Positions 50,168 through 62,637 of a stretch of 64,000 nucleotides of DNA are shown here, piece by piece (within the stretch, counting starts at the first letter, position 1; each line of letters starts with the position of its first letter). Position numbers and translations under genes: made by a program. The notes beneath the pieces were generated by a model. The model did no database searches. It was not told where the DNA came from and saw only the letters and a program-made list of their open reading frames with translations. Origin of the DNA: Psammoneis japonica (Eukaryota); assembly GCA_008632985.1 (NCBI GenBank), contig QPGO01000118.1, forward strand, positions 1-64,000, written 5' to 3'.

Positions 50168-53100
50168 TCAGGGACTCCCTGGGAGGCAAGCAGACACCAA
50201 AATTTCCGTGATGACAAGGTCGTTGAGATCAATTTTTCCTTGGCACAAGCTTTGCAAGATGTGTCGACGTCCCAAGCTGCCCCAATCTTCAAGGGTCGAC
50301 TCATTGGAGAATGAAAATGCCGCCGCAGGCTTTTGGATGTCATGGTGGCAAGCACACAGAGACCCATTTTCCATTGCTTTTAAGTGTGCTGCTGCTTTCA
50401 CACATGTGTGAACAGCACAATCATTTGGCCCTTGTCCCGCAGGTGGAGGAACAAGGTGCTCGATGCCGGGTCTTTCTGGACAGAGTGGTGCACCAACAAG
50501 CTGTTGGCGCAGCTGTTGCAAGATTGCATGGGGCTGGAGGCTATCCGCATGCACCAGAAGCTCTCTTGTGTCACTGCTGGCAGTTGCTCCTTCAAAAGAA
50601 CAATCAATGAAAAAATTTGACCAATGTCCGGCCGTGTTAGATCCAGAAAAAATGGGCATGAGAATGACTTTCGATGTCTCCCAGCCTCCAGACTCGTCAT
50701 CAGCAACTGCTTTCACCCATCTGTCGACATCAGCCCAGCTGCATCGTCGTAGCTGGTTGTAAAAATTGGTGTTAACAACTCAAATGCCAAGTCGAGAAAA
50801 TTGCTGTTGGAGCAAGTTGTGATGCCCCTGTGTGACGTTGTCGTTAATTAGAGTCCCGCTCCAAAGCAGGTCCCACACGTTCGGCGCATTGACAGGAATG
50901 CCATGAGGCAGCCTCAGCACATCAATTTCTCCAATTGCACATGTGCAGTTGTTGTGGTCCACTGGCACTTGCGTTTTGCTCTTGTCCAGCAAAACCTCCC
51001 ATTGCTGATCTCCATTTGTTGGCGTGTGATCTGGCGCGGAGGCAGCCGACTTCACTGCAACCTCCACTGGTTTTCCTCGTTTCCCCACATTCGTCAATTT
51101 GTCACTCCGTTTTCTTTTCAGCTCCTTCTCCTCTCTTGCGCATTGTGCGGGCTGTTTTAGGATGCCATTTCTGCCACAGAACTCACACGAAGACTTGTTG
51201 TGTCCACCACAAATGCTGGCCCGTGCATTGCAAAGACCAGTCCAGGCACACTGCCTGCACGGATCTGACGATTCTTCCTTTCTAGCTTTTTGCTTTTTCG
51301 TGCTCAGAGCATCTTTGCCACAGTGCTTGCAACTTCGTCGTGTCCAGCCATTGCACTGCCATGCCATGTGCTTGCAACCTAAATCCTGACAAGCGCAGGC
51401 TCTGCTTTGCTGCATTGACTTAAATTCAACTTTTTGATGAGGGGCCTGAACAGGAGCAACGCATGTTGAGGCTTTGTCGTCATCACCTCCCAGTGTCGAG
51501 AATTCGGGATTGGATTTCTGTGACACTGCTGAAGGTGGTGGAGCCCTTTGCAGGCAGAGACTCTGAACAATTTTGTTGCACTCGTCCTTCATTGTTGATT
51601 TTGCGTGCTTGATGGCTTCTCTTCCTTTGTCCTTTTCGTGATCGGATTGGACCGTGGAAACAGTTTTGGGAAAAATGTTGATTCCATTAGATCATTTCTT
51701 GTGTGAAGTCATCAGTCGCTCAAAATCAGATCGGTCGGGTGCTCCTGTTGAGCTCAATGACCATTGTTTTTGCATGATGTGGTCTTCCTTTGTTTTGTGT
51801 GGAAGGAAGGGGGTGCCGCAATCCAAGATGCTTCGCCATGAATTTTAAAGACGGAGTCAACACTGGATCTGGCTCATCAGCGTGCTCCACAAATCTCGGA
51901 TCTAGTGTTGCCTTTCCAACTCCAACCCAATCAGTTTGGGTCGGCTTCATGTTCGACAGATTTGTGTGACTGGGAAGCACAAGTGCATTGAAGAGTTTTT
52001 GAACAATGTTCTGCAACTCATCAAGTGTGTGAAGATACGGGTGGCCAATGTTGGGCTCGCCACAGCGCAAAATGCCGGTGTTGACATTGCAGTGGAATGT
52101 TCGGAGCACCAACAGACAGTGTGCAGTTTCAACACCAATCGCTTGACCAACCAAAAGCACCCAAAGTTTCTGATGGAAATTTTCTAACCTGTTCGTTCCG
52201 CTGCCACGCCACCAGAGTCGGAGCCCATCAGAATCTGTGCCTTTCTCTCTGCAAACTGAAACATCGGGAACAGGCTCAAACCAACCTTTCTCTGCTTTCA
52301 TTGCCACACTGACAAACCATTCATCAAGTTCTGGGGTCAGATGCAGCTTGAATGCCTCACTCTCTTGAACAAATTTGTGTGCAACTCGGAGATTTGACGC
52401 GTGGACATCTGCAACGGGACACGGCATGCGGACGCGAGTTCCAACGTGCTCCTTGTTGCAGCACTCATGCTCTTCAATGTCTTCTGGAGAAAAGCCTTTG
52501 GATTTCAACACCTCACACATTGGATTGCAGTCTTTGTCATTCCCAATGAAGGATGCCTCTCGGGCGAGTTCATGCAGGTGGGGAGCAACCGGGCAATCCC
52601 GACGCACGGGAAGTGCACCCATCACATGAAACACATCATTTTTAGCACGGCTACGAAGCTCATTCTTTACATCATCATCAAGGTTTGAAGCCTCGAGAAG
52701 CATGTCCAAGATTTTGTCTGGTGTTGATTTATCCTGGTCGCCAGACGTCTCAGCAGTGTGCGTTTCGGCAGGGTCAGATGTAGAATCGGGCGCAGAGTGC
52801 GGTGCATTGAGCTCTGCACGAATGGTCTCCCTCCTTCCTGCCGCATCATTTTCTAAATGCTCCACAGGCAACTCTGTGTCAGGTGCTTCCGGTGGCGGTG
52901 TTCGAAGATGGCTCGTCTGGAGAACCACTGCATCAGAGCATCCCCTTCTGCAAACGTCTCCGATCGGTGTGCCCTTGCTGCAGTTAGGCTCGACAGCATC
53001 GTCATCCGCAAATCCACACAGCAGCTTCCATGATGGCACCAACACTTCATCAATTTGCACCAGTGCTTTTCCTTGGCCCACAAGCTCGCCGCCATGTTTT

Positions 53101-55449
53101 GTCGACACTCCCATGCCTCTGTAGTTGCCGATTCGAACAACGGCCCTCTGGCTACGACACGTCCTCCACCAACTATGTCAACCATGCTGCCAGGCTTCAC
53201 TAGATTAACCTCTGGCGGCTGACACAAACCTCCAAGCTTTGCAGAAACAAGTTGAAGCAAGCGCACTGTAAGCAGTCTGTGTGCTATTGCATCAGTGGCT
53301 GCGTGTCTCAGTGTCTCCTCGTCCGGGTTGCGCGACGACGACTCGCTCTCATAGTCGGTGTTTTGTCCGGTCTCTTTGTCCAACAATGTGACATTCAGAC
53401 AACGCTCACACAGTGCCTTGACTCCTGTGGATCCACCATCATCATACGTTTTTGCTATCTCTCCAATCTCCAAACGATCATTGACTTTGATTCCATGACC
53501 CCTGAGCAGTCGATTCACATCACCACCAATTTGCCTGCCGCATGGAATGAGCCGTCCATCTTCCAATATTTTCTTCAACCAATGTGGGAACGCCTTCATA
53601 GCATGTGTGTCATTCACAATAACAGGCAAGCCCTCGAAAGACACTTGCAGCCAACACACGGCCGCTTCAACAGTACGGCCACGGTTCCACTCCGCGTCGA
53701 GCCCATAGTACTTTCCGGAAGAACTAGTATGGAGATTAATAATGTTCTCATAATGCTCCTGGAAAAACTGATTTGCATCGGCTGCATCACGAAAATAATG
53801 AAAACTATCACGTGGCAATCGTAAGACCGGTATGTTAGATTTAGGGATGTACGGGCTAACGCCATCCTTCAGCTCTGCGCAAGATAGTGTGGAAAAAAGA
53901 AGACACAAGGTAAGAAAAAAGAAGCACACATTATACGCTTTAAAACAGGAGAATAGCAAGTATTACCTTCAAAACAACGATTCGCCATATTCAAACCGCC
54001 CTTTACATTGTCCGTGTCGAATCGGCCGAGCTTCGGTGCCCCTTGCGCCTTCCTTGCCGCTTGAACGCGACGGAGCATGGGTTAAACTTCGTCTTGCCCT
54101 TTCCCAAATACAGGTAAGCTTGCACTTACTTTACCAGATCCTGCCATGAGATTGCACGACGCAAGGAACGGTTTCACCTGGCTACCATCGGAAAGGTATG
54201 CTTGAACCTTACTCCAGTACTTAAACGTCTCGTCAATAGCAATCTGTGCATCTTGGTTATACTCAAACGAACCCTGCATGTACTCCTCCAGCACATCCTC
54301 CATAAATATATTGAAGCTGTTTGCAACCCTAGCGGCTGACAGTCGTATCCCGTTGTGTGCTCCTGGCTCCGCAAAAGCCGAGTATGGGACAATATCCTGT
54401 CCACGGTATCCAATAGCTTCAACTGGATCCCACCCCAGAAGACTCTTATAGTAGCTGCGTTGCTGCCGAGAATAATCAAATGATCGTGTCTCATTAACCA
54501 TCGATGAAAATGTACCAGAAAAAACAGAATGATTAGCCAAACGGGACAAGCACAACACCATACTCTCGTGCATTCCGGGCCCTCGGCGACTTGTGACGAA
54601 ATCAAATCTCTCTGCTACCTCCGGAGGTAGCTTTGACAAATACAGAGGGTCAATGGTAGCAAATGATTTAGTAATTTTTCCATCATCATCCACCCTGCCA
54701 CAGCAACCTTGGGAGAGACAAAGGACACGATGATGAAGTACCCACGCGGTTTTCATCCACTCAACCATCGGTCGGAATACCAGTCCCTTTGACTCGGTGT
54801 TGGTATCACCACAAAAAGCACAAACATACTTGTCTGGTAAGTGATTCGGATAGGCCATTGGCGGAAACCAAAGATATACCCAGCAACTTCCAAGGTACCA
54901 CTTGTCAGGTTTTGGTGACGAACCCAAAGCAGTACTCAGCGGATCGCAAGGCGGTGGTATCCATTTCACGCCGGATTTGATTTTTGTCATCATTTCACCA
55001 TCTTTCTTTTGTACTTTTGCTTTGATCTTACTCAAATAATTATGGATGGGAGTGTCCTCGGGGGGCATATAGGAGTCGCGGTGGTACACCGCCGACTGCT
55101 GCGTCTCTTGCATAGCAACATCTCGGTCAAGGATGGCGTTGATCTCATCTTGATCGTCCGGGGAACACGGTGCTGCCACCAAACCAGGAACAGAGTATCG
55201 ATTACCTGGATGTTCAAATGTAGCTTGAAGGGCTGGAACAGCTCGCTGTAATGCCTCTTGATACCTATGGCGTTTTTCGTCGGGCGAGAGCTCCTTATCG
55301 GCACGACGTCGAGTGTTCTGCTTTGCTGCCTCAAAAACAGGATACGAAGCTCCCGTTTTCTTCTTTTTCGAATCTACAAAGCTCTTAGATCGCCTGTCAC
55401 CACCAGCACGATGCCCTGGCTTGTTCTTGCTATTCTTTGGACGACCCAT
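50168..55449 (-). pseudogene. DDE transposase with embedded DEDDy (WRN-like) 3'-5' exonuclease and C-terminal Ulp1/C48 protease, disrupted
   Basis: Cys-rich N-terminal domain; IAIDETFK (D1); in-frame TAA 54082-54084; FDTDN (D2); intron 53966-53875; GLDAEWN..LQVS..GGDVNRL..HAATDA exonuclease; NDVFH (DxxH); GTNRLENFH (E); LINDNV, GHWS..DSL..Q.PNDCAV protease. Confidence 0.8.
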
Positions 55450-55818
55450 CTGCGTTCAGTATTATGAGGCTACGACTAGCACAATGTGCAATATAGAACA
55501 TTAAGAACTAAATATTTTATATATTTATATGTTATTCATGTCTTTACGTTGAGTATATAAAATGACTGCACATGACTCTTTGTGTAGAATATGTACCGGC
55601 CTACGTACTTAAGGATCAACAACAACGAGGCTTAATAAAAATGACTAATATTAAGTGATCTGAAAATGTCGAGAATTCTTTTTGCGTACATTATTTAACT
55701 TCCGGCAATTTCAGTACTGCAGTTTACGTGTTTCCTACGATGCCTCTCAGTTTCTGCTCACATTTCTTCGAACGTCAATCCGATTACGGTAACATCTATC
55801 TACTGCTAGCATTTCACT

Positions 55819-55912
55819 ACTTGGCGCCATTGGGCATTCTTGTTACTACTGTCACTTGGAACCATTAGGCATTATTGTTACTACTATCACTTGGTGCCAT
55901 TGGGCATTCTTG
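55819..55912. repeat. 35-bp tandem repeat, about 2.7 copies
   Basis: acttgg..ccatt.ggcatt.ttgttactact.tc at 55819, 55854 and 55889. Confidence 0.85.
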
Positions 55913-56128
55913 AAGCAAGGTGGTCCTTGTTGTCATGAATCAGCAATTTTTGGATTGAATCATTTCGGGTCTGTCGTTGCGTCGATCTGTGGCTCGCTTG
56001 CTTTCAAACAACCACTAGGATAGAAAACCAAACGACGCTAATTTGGTTTGAACATGATGCTGTTATGCTCTACATTGAATGATGATGCATGTGAAAGCCA
56101 ATCACAAGCCATGCATCCCCTTCATCAT

Positions 56129-59100
56129 TCATGCCCCTGCCTCGCCCGGTGCCATCTCACCCGCTGCAAGGTCCCGCTCCCAAGACACCAACTCTTGTTC
56201 CCATGTGCTAATGTGTGAATCCCATTCTTCCTTGGTGATGGTAACTTTGTTTTTCTCCAAGCGCTTCAGGAGTTCCTCTTGCGTCCCACTTGTCGGCAGT
56301 CCTTTGAATCGAAGCACCGTTTTCATGACGTCCGCAGGTGGTTTTTTAGCTGCCGATCGAACAATGTCCCAATGTTCTCCCGACTTCTCCTTTCTAACTT
56401 TCTCTGCATCAACAATCCAAGTTTTGCGCTTTTCAATTTGTCCTTCAAACCGTGTGATTGACTCCGTGGTCTTCTTTGCTTCTTGTTCTTGTTGAAACTT
56501 GAGCATGCCCAAATGAGTGGCAGCTGAATCAATTCCATGCTTTTGTTGTGGAACCCCCATTCCTGGTCCCTTGGTCCGATTAGATGTGTCTTTTTTATCC
56601 CCCCGTGTTGAAAAGAACAAATCCGCAACAGCTTTCTGCGCAAAAAGACTCATGGCGCCCTCGTCACGCCGCGACACCACGACGTCAATGGGGTCGACCA
56701 CGCCGTCAATGTCAGTCTCAACTCGGTCAACAAAGGTGGCCTCCGAACAATCAATGAGTCTCGACAATGATTCTTCTGCATTCTGCTCGTACGTCGATTT
56801 GTTGCCGTTGACAGCACAATTTGCGACAATTTCGTCGTGCGCACGTCGGGCAAGTTCCTCCAGGGTGCTTGAGCGCTTTTTCTTGAAACGCACGAGAACA
56901 AAAGGAAATGCGCGTCAAAGAATAAACTTGTGCATGCAAGAGAAGCAACACAAATGTGAAACGCACCATTGCCATTGCCTTTGCCATGTCGTTTTGTTCC
57001 ACTGCAGTCTCTCGAGCTTTTCTTGCTTTCGATTGGAACAACTTTCTTTTCTCCTCGTCTGAGATGACCGCTTGAGGGCGCCGCACTTTGTGCTCTTCAC
57101 TGTGAGCAAAAGCTTCAATGGAAAGATCCTTTGCTCCTTCTCCAGGTACAAACAGCAGAAATTGATCTTCTGATTGCTTTGTGGCTGTAGACTCCTTGCC
57201 ATCTTGGGTGCGAAACTTGATGGAATCACACAGCGCGACATTGCGCAGGACATTGACAATTGTTGATGCTACAACCTCCTTTGGATTCGATGGCAAAGAT
57301 GGCTTTGTGTCAATGGGCTCATCAGAGCGAACAAAATGACATGCTTTCATTGCCGCGACGCATGCTTCACCCAGCTGGTTCCTGATGCGACCCTTCAGAC
57401 TCTCGGGGTTTTCTCCATGCCTGAAGAATTCGCCCGTCTCCTCGTCTCTGTGGTTAACAAGGAGATTCAGCAGCGCGTACGACCGCTCAACAAAGCCGTC
57501 GTCCATGCTCAAGGATCCTGGCTGGCCGCAGGTGAACGACTCGGCGGGTGCGACAGCCTGAATCCAGGACTTTTCTTGGTCGGTGAGCGGCTCCCGGTCA
57601 ACGCGAACACGGGGGCACCAAGTGCACGGCTTGTCCTTGGGCGGCCACCAAACTTCTCTTGTGCCGCCTTCTGCTTTCGGGCATGGAATTGTCCCAAGGC
57701 AAGCGCGCACTCCCAACCTTTGCAATGAGGGTTGGGAGGGTAAATCCCAGTGAACTCCACACCTGACATGGCCTTGTTCTCACCAGTGGGACCAACAATG
57801 CTCAGCCTTTCCTTGTCAAAGAACTTGGTGAGGCCTGATCGAAGCATTCTATTTAACTCAAGCTGACCACTTGACTTTGCAGCAATGTCCATTCCCGACA
57901 ATCCACGAATTTCCTTTGCTGCATCGGCGCAACAACGGTGGATCAAATGGTCAATCCCTCGGTCGTTTGGTTGACCAAAAAAGCCAGCCTGGGATGGAAG
58001 AAAAATTGGATGCACGTCATGTCGTCTGAGGAACCTCATGAATGCCTTGGAAAACCCAGAGCCGTGTCCATCAACAACAAGTGTGAAAGGCAGCTTGGAC
58101 ATGTCTCCTGAACCCAAACGACAGACACTCGGGTCTGCAGTCTCCACCAAGTGCATTGCATGCTCCATCAAAGTTTCTTTTGTCTGAGACCCATTGTCAG
58201 AGATGGAAATGTGAATTCCCAATGGGTTTTCTACGGCTGTGATCTCACCCTTTTCATTCGTCACAACGTCAAACATCTCTTCCATGAATCTAGACAGAAT
58301 GGGCTTGCCCTTGAGAGTTTCATCATCAATTTGATCAAGCATCTCTGCTCTTTCAAACTTGTCTTTTGGCACATCATTCTCTGCTCCATCACAAGCCCAA
58401 ATCACCTGGAAACCACACGGTCCTTTTTGACCACGGAGTGGAAAGTGATGCTGGCCTGTTGAAAAACACCGCAGAGTGAGCAACGAAACAGGTTCTTGCT
58501 CTGACGATTTAACTTTACGTGCCATTTGCACAAGAGGTGGCAGTGACAGCACCATGACCTTTTGTGCTTTTATTTCCTTCAGGAGCAGCTGTAACTTGCT
58601 GATGCTTGTTCTCACGCCAAAATTCTTCAGACACAAGTGCGTCATGCGCATGCCCCAGTGGACAAAAATTGAGCTCGTCCATGTTCGCAATGCACTCGGG
58701 CGGCACATCTGCAAACCGCTTCCAAGGCCACGCTTCCGGATCTCGACAACACTGCACATGGCAGCAGTCATCGATTGATGAAAAGAAAGTGTCGCGTGCG
58801 ATTCCTCGACATGCATCTAGTTTCTCCGTTCCAAGAGACGAAGACTTCCGCGCCCGGACCTTGTGTCGCTCAAGGCAGTGATCTGTCACACGGCTCGAAA
58901 CAGGCACAATGTCTTCAATGTTGACACGTAAAGAAATGATGCTGTTGACACCAGCTTCGAGGTCTCGCTTGTCTGTTCCAGCACCGGCCACAGCAAACTC
59001 ATCCAAGAGAGCAAATGAGAAGTGCTCTTCCGAATCTGTGAGACATCCATGCGACTCTCCAGGTTTCCCACCCCGTTGAGCAACCATTCCATCAACCATT

Positions 59101-59483
59101 TTTTGTGCAACAGGGTCTTGCCAACGTGTGCCTCGTTCTTTGAAAGAGCCAAGCAAGTGTTGTTCACAGTCCTTCTTGACGGTGTCTTTGTGGCGCCGAG
59201 TGAGATTCATTTGAGCACAAGCCACAGCAAAACTGTCTTGTCCGCCACGTGAATGATGTTCATCAAATTTGTCTTGGTAAAAAAGAGCTTTGAGTGCGTT
59301 TCGACAGTGTTCATCACTCATTTTCATGTGCTCCCGTCTAGATTCTACATCAGCACTGTCGATGTCAATTGCCATGCCAGAAAAGCTGCTAGCCTGACTT
59401 GTGATTGATGCTCCTGTGTCCCGCTGAGAGCCATGCATGAGTTGCGAGCAGGGACGCAATTCGGTGCTAGGAGGAGCTGACAA
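56129..59483 (-). pseudogene. Pogo/Fot1-like DDE_1 transposase with downstream SAP domain, TA-eroded and frameshifted
   Basis: IANMDELNF, SDNGSQT, LVVDGHGS, FLPSQAGFFGQPNDRG; SAP-like MKTVLRFKGLPTSGTQEELLKRL. Boundaries approximate. Confidence 0.75.
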
Positions 59484-61349
59484 TGCTCAACAAGGTGGTG
59501 GCCGAGATGGTGGAACTGGGGAGTTGCTTCGAGACGGCAAAGGGGAGACCCAACTCATGCTCGACAAAGACACCAAATCAGCAGGCGAGGAATGACACTG
59601 TTGCTGTGTGGGTTGAAATTGCACTTGCAGCGGTGGTGGCATTGAAGACCTTCGCACAGGGAGAGACAGAGTTGGTGAAGGACGCTGCCGCTGCGGCGGT
59701 GGCGGTGGTGGCGGCGATGCGGAAGCAACAACACGTGACGCCATGCTGCCATTTCTTTGTTGATGCCGCCACTGGCCAAATCCAGCATTGTTCTCACCCC
59801 ATCCAAATGGTGGAGGTTGCTGTGGCCAGTTCGTAGACAGAGGACGAGGTGAAGCATGATGAGGTGGTGGGGATGGAATGCACAGGCTTTGGCCACTGTG
59901 AGAGAGATCATCGGCACAAAAAGTGTGGCTCTTGGGATTTGACAATGCTGTCCCCGACAACACACCGAGAATGGCGGCCTTCCCTCAGAACAAGCCGCGA
60001 AGCCCATGAGCAGACATGGCTGGGACTGAAGGCCCATGCAGGGCTCTGAACTTCTGATCTTTTGATCCTGCTCCTTGGACGGAGGGGGTTGAAACGGTGG
60101 TCTTGCATCGATGTTGCTTTTTGCTTTTTCACACGTGGCTCACCAAAAAAGTTGCTGCCAACACCGGCCACATCTTTGACAAAACACAAGAACATTGACA
60201 TGTTTTATGATGCAGACGGAGTTGACAAAGCAACATAAAAATTTTAGAAAGAATTTGAGTGGGTGACATTTGCAAAACCTTCTAAATGCAAGTGACAGTG
60301 TGGTTTTTTTAGAACAAATTGAGTGGGTCACATCTGCAAAAAAGCTGCAAATGTTTTCCTTAAACCGTTGTCGTCAAATAACGAAGTACAAAAGCTTTCA
60401 TGCAGGTGTTCGGGACGTTTTTTACAGTTCACATTGTGCCAGTCGTAACTCCATGCTGGCATGGGGGGGGAACTGATGTTGATTGTGATTGATGCGTCAA
60501 CGCGCGCGACGCGTTGTTCATCGTGGACGTCTGCACTTTGCTCCCAAGGCGAGTTGAATTGGAGACTCGAGTCTTTTTCAGTTCGCCTGCCCCTCTCTTG
60601 CTTCCACGTGGCGATGAAACAGAACAAAACCCGGATGCATTGCGTTCAAAAACACATTTGAAAATGGTCTGGCAGTCATGCGGTCGAGGGGTCTCTCTTT
60701 TTCTGCACAGGCAAATGCGCACAACTCTCTAGAAAGTCCCATCGTTCTTTCTCGTTTTCAAATGCTCCGCCCCCAGTTGAAAAACACCTGCCAGACTTCG
60801 GGTGTGCGCGCACACGACAACGGTCGACGCATGGACTCACGATGGAGAGTGCGTTGACGTCCCTCACCATGACAGCTTGCACTTCCTCAAAGGCGCTTTG
60901 AATACAAGAATGGAACCGGCAATTCGAGTCGTCGTGGGAATGGAGACGGAGCAATGCACCGTTGTGTTGAGAATGGTCTCTTCTTCAAGTCCCCAGCAAG
61001 TGAACGACAGAATCGTCATTGTGGCGGAATCCGCAGAGACAACAGACCAAAAGAAATTGTTTTCTTTTAACGATGTGTGGTTGCCATCTTGATCTCATGT
61101 GTATTGCATCCACACATAAGATGGCTTGGCAATGCTCGGTCTCGAGTGAGTCCTCAAGTCCGGACTGATGGATGCCACACAGCACAAAGAAAACAACAGT
61201 TTTTTCTCTGACGGACGGTCGGACAGAAAAAATGGCGGGAAATGCGTCTGTCCACACAACCCGCAGACGACCGCAGCTGTTTTATTTTTCTTGTTCTCTT
61301 GTCATTCTTTTTTGCTTTTTGCGAACGCCTGTCGTTTACATTGACAAGA

Positions 61350-62498
61350 ATGCACAACATGGTCTGTCAACGGCGACTGGTATCGTCGTCCTGGCACTGT
61401 ATAAGAAAACTAGAAGCGTCTCTTGGAACAAACAGCCATGCTTCGAAAGCATATTTGCGACAAATTTCATTTCCCAGAAATCGGCAGCAACAGCGACTCT
61501 TTTCTAGTGATATGGCTGCAGAAGTAGCTTATTCAGAAGATCACCAAGATGAAACTTCTAAGAACAAGCACTGTAATACATGTACCTGCAATAAACAGCC
61601 TCAAACCGCGATTCCGCAGAGCGACGATGAACCCCTCCCTCCACCTCTTCCGACACCCACGTATTCGGTTTACAAGCGAGTCTTGCCTCCCTCATTAATA
61701 GCTCTGTCATCGACACGAGGCCGCCGCTTCTTGATGGAATCGCTGCAACAAGGCACGGCCGAATCGTACTGGAGTCTGTCGGAACACTTTATCAATCAAT
61801 CCGACCCTGCCTTTTGCGGCGTCACGACGCTCGTCATGGTGTTGAACAGCATGAGTGTCGATCCCAATGTCCGATGGCGCGGCGGATGGAGGTACTTTGG
61901 TAACGAAAATGTGCTCTTGTCGAAATGCTGCATTTCGTCCGAACGAGTCAAGCGAGTGGGAATTACCGTGACGGAATTTGCGTTGCTGGCAAAGTGTCAA
62001 GGCGTGCACGTCACATTGAAACAACCGGACTCTACAACAAATTCAGTGGGTGAATTTCGAAACGATATTTTACAAATATTACAAACCAAGGAAAATAACA
62101 TTGGCATACTCGTGGTTTCCTTTGCTCGATCGTCCTTGGGACAAACGGGAGAGGGCCACTTTTCACCCATTGCCGCCTACCACGCCGCGTCCGATTCGGT
62201 ATTGATTTTGGACGTGGCCCGATTCAAGTATGCACCCTATTGGGTTACCGTAAGTGACTTGTACAGAGCCATGGAGCCATTGGATCCAGCCACGGACAAG
62301 CCACGGGGATGGTTTCTCATGGTGCCTCCCGAGAAAAACGCCTATGCCACCGTGACGGAGGAACACCGACGACCGGTGGAAATTGTGCCCGAGTCTGGCG
62401 AGGCTGATATTTGTCCCATTGGAAAGTTCAAAGTCGAGTACTGCTCTGCGAGACGACGAGAACAGGTGAATGCAGAAAAAGTGTCAAATCTACAATGA
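61350..62498 (+). CDS. PCS: Phytochelatin synthase (glutathione gamma-glutamylcysteinyltransferase)
   Basis: NQSDPAFCG (catalytic Cys), W.GGWRYF, GQTGEGHFSPIAAYH (His), LILDVARFKY.PYWV (Asp); first in-frame ATG at 61350. Confidence 0.93.
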   Translation: MHNMVCQRRLVSSSWHCIRKLEASLGTNSHASKAYLRQISFPRNRQQQRLFSSDMAAEVAYSEDHQDETSKNKHCNTCTCNKQPQTAIPQSDDEPLPPPLPTPTYSVYKRVLPPSLIALSSTRGRRFLMESLQQGTAESYWSLSEHFINQSDPAFCGVTTLVMVLNSMSVDPNVRWRGGWRYFGNENVLLSKCCISSERVKRVGITVTEFALLAKCQGVHVTLKQPDSTTNSVGEFRNDILQILQTKENNIGILVVSFARSSLGQTGEGHFSPIAAYHAASDSVLILDVARFKYAPYWVTVSDLYRAMEPLDPATDKPRGWFLMVPPEKNAYATVTEEHRRPVEIVPESGEADICPIGKFKVEYCSARRREQVNAEKVSNLQ

Positions 62499-62637
62499 GC
62501 TAGACTCTCTCGCTTTATAGAGTCTTCTGGCCCACGACTACGTAATTATTCTCCCAGAGATCAAAAGCGCCGCTTGCTTTTCCAACAGTTTCTAGTTGTT
62601 TGGGCACCATAAGGCATACTAACAACTCCCATCACCT

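Larger units (their letters stand above)
48449..60851 (-). mobile_element. 12.4-kb TIR DNA transposon with 9-bp TSD (Mutator-related/Sagan-like), containing two transposase genes
   Basis: 33-bp TIRs cactctccatcgtgagtctatgcgtcgaccgtt (48449-48481) and aacggtcgacgcatggactcacgatggagagtg (60819-60851), 1 mismatch; TSD cgtcgacgt (48440-48448) and cgttgacgt (60852-60860). Confidence 0.85.

Noticed and set aside
1..60900. Hundreds of overlapping Cys/His-rich ORFs in all six frames as real genes
   Set aside because: They follow from loss of TAA/TAG stops in TA-depleted domains and mostly end in TGA; ORF density drops in TA-normal gene islands.
1..60900. Classical fungal RIP or CpG deamination as the sole explanation
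   Set aside because: RIP enriches TA, and CpG decay cannot turn TAY Tyr codons into TGY/CAY. CG remains abundant in the eroded copia and YR elements. CpG decay probably contributes only in some sub-domains.
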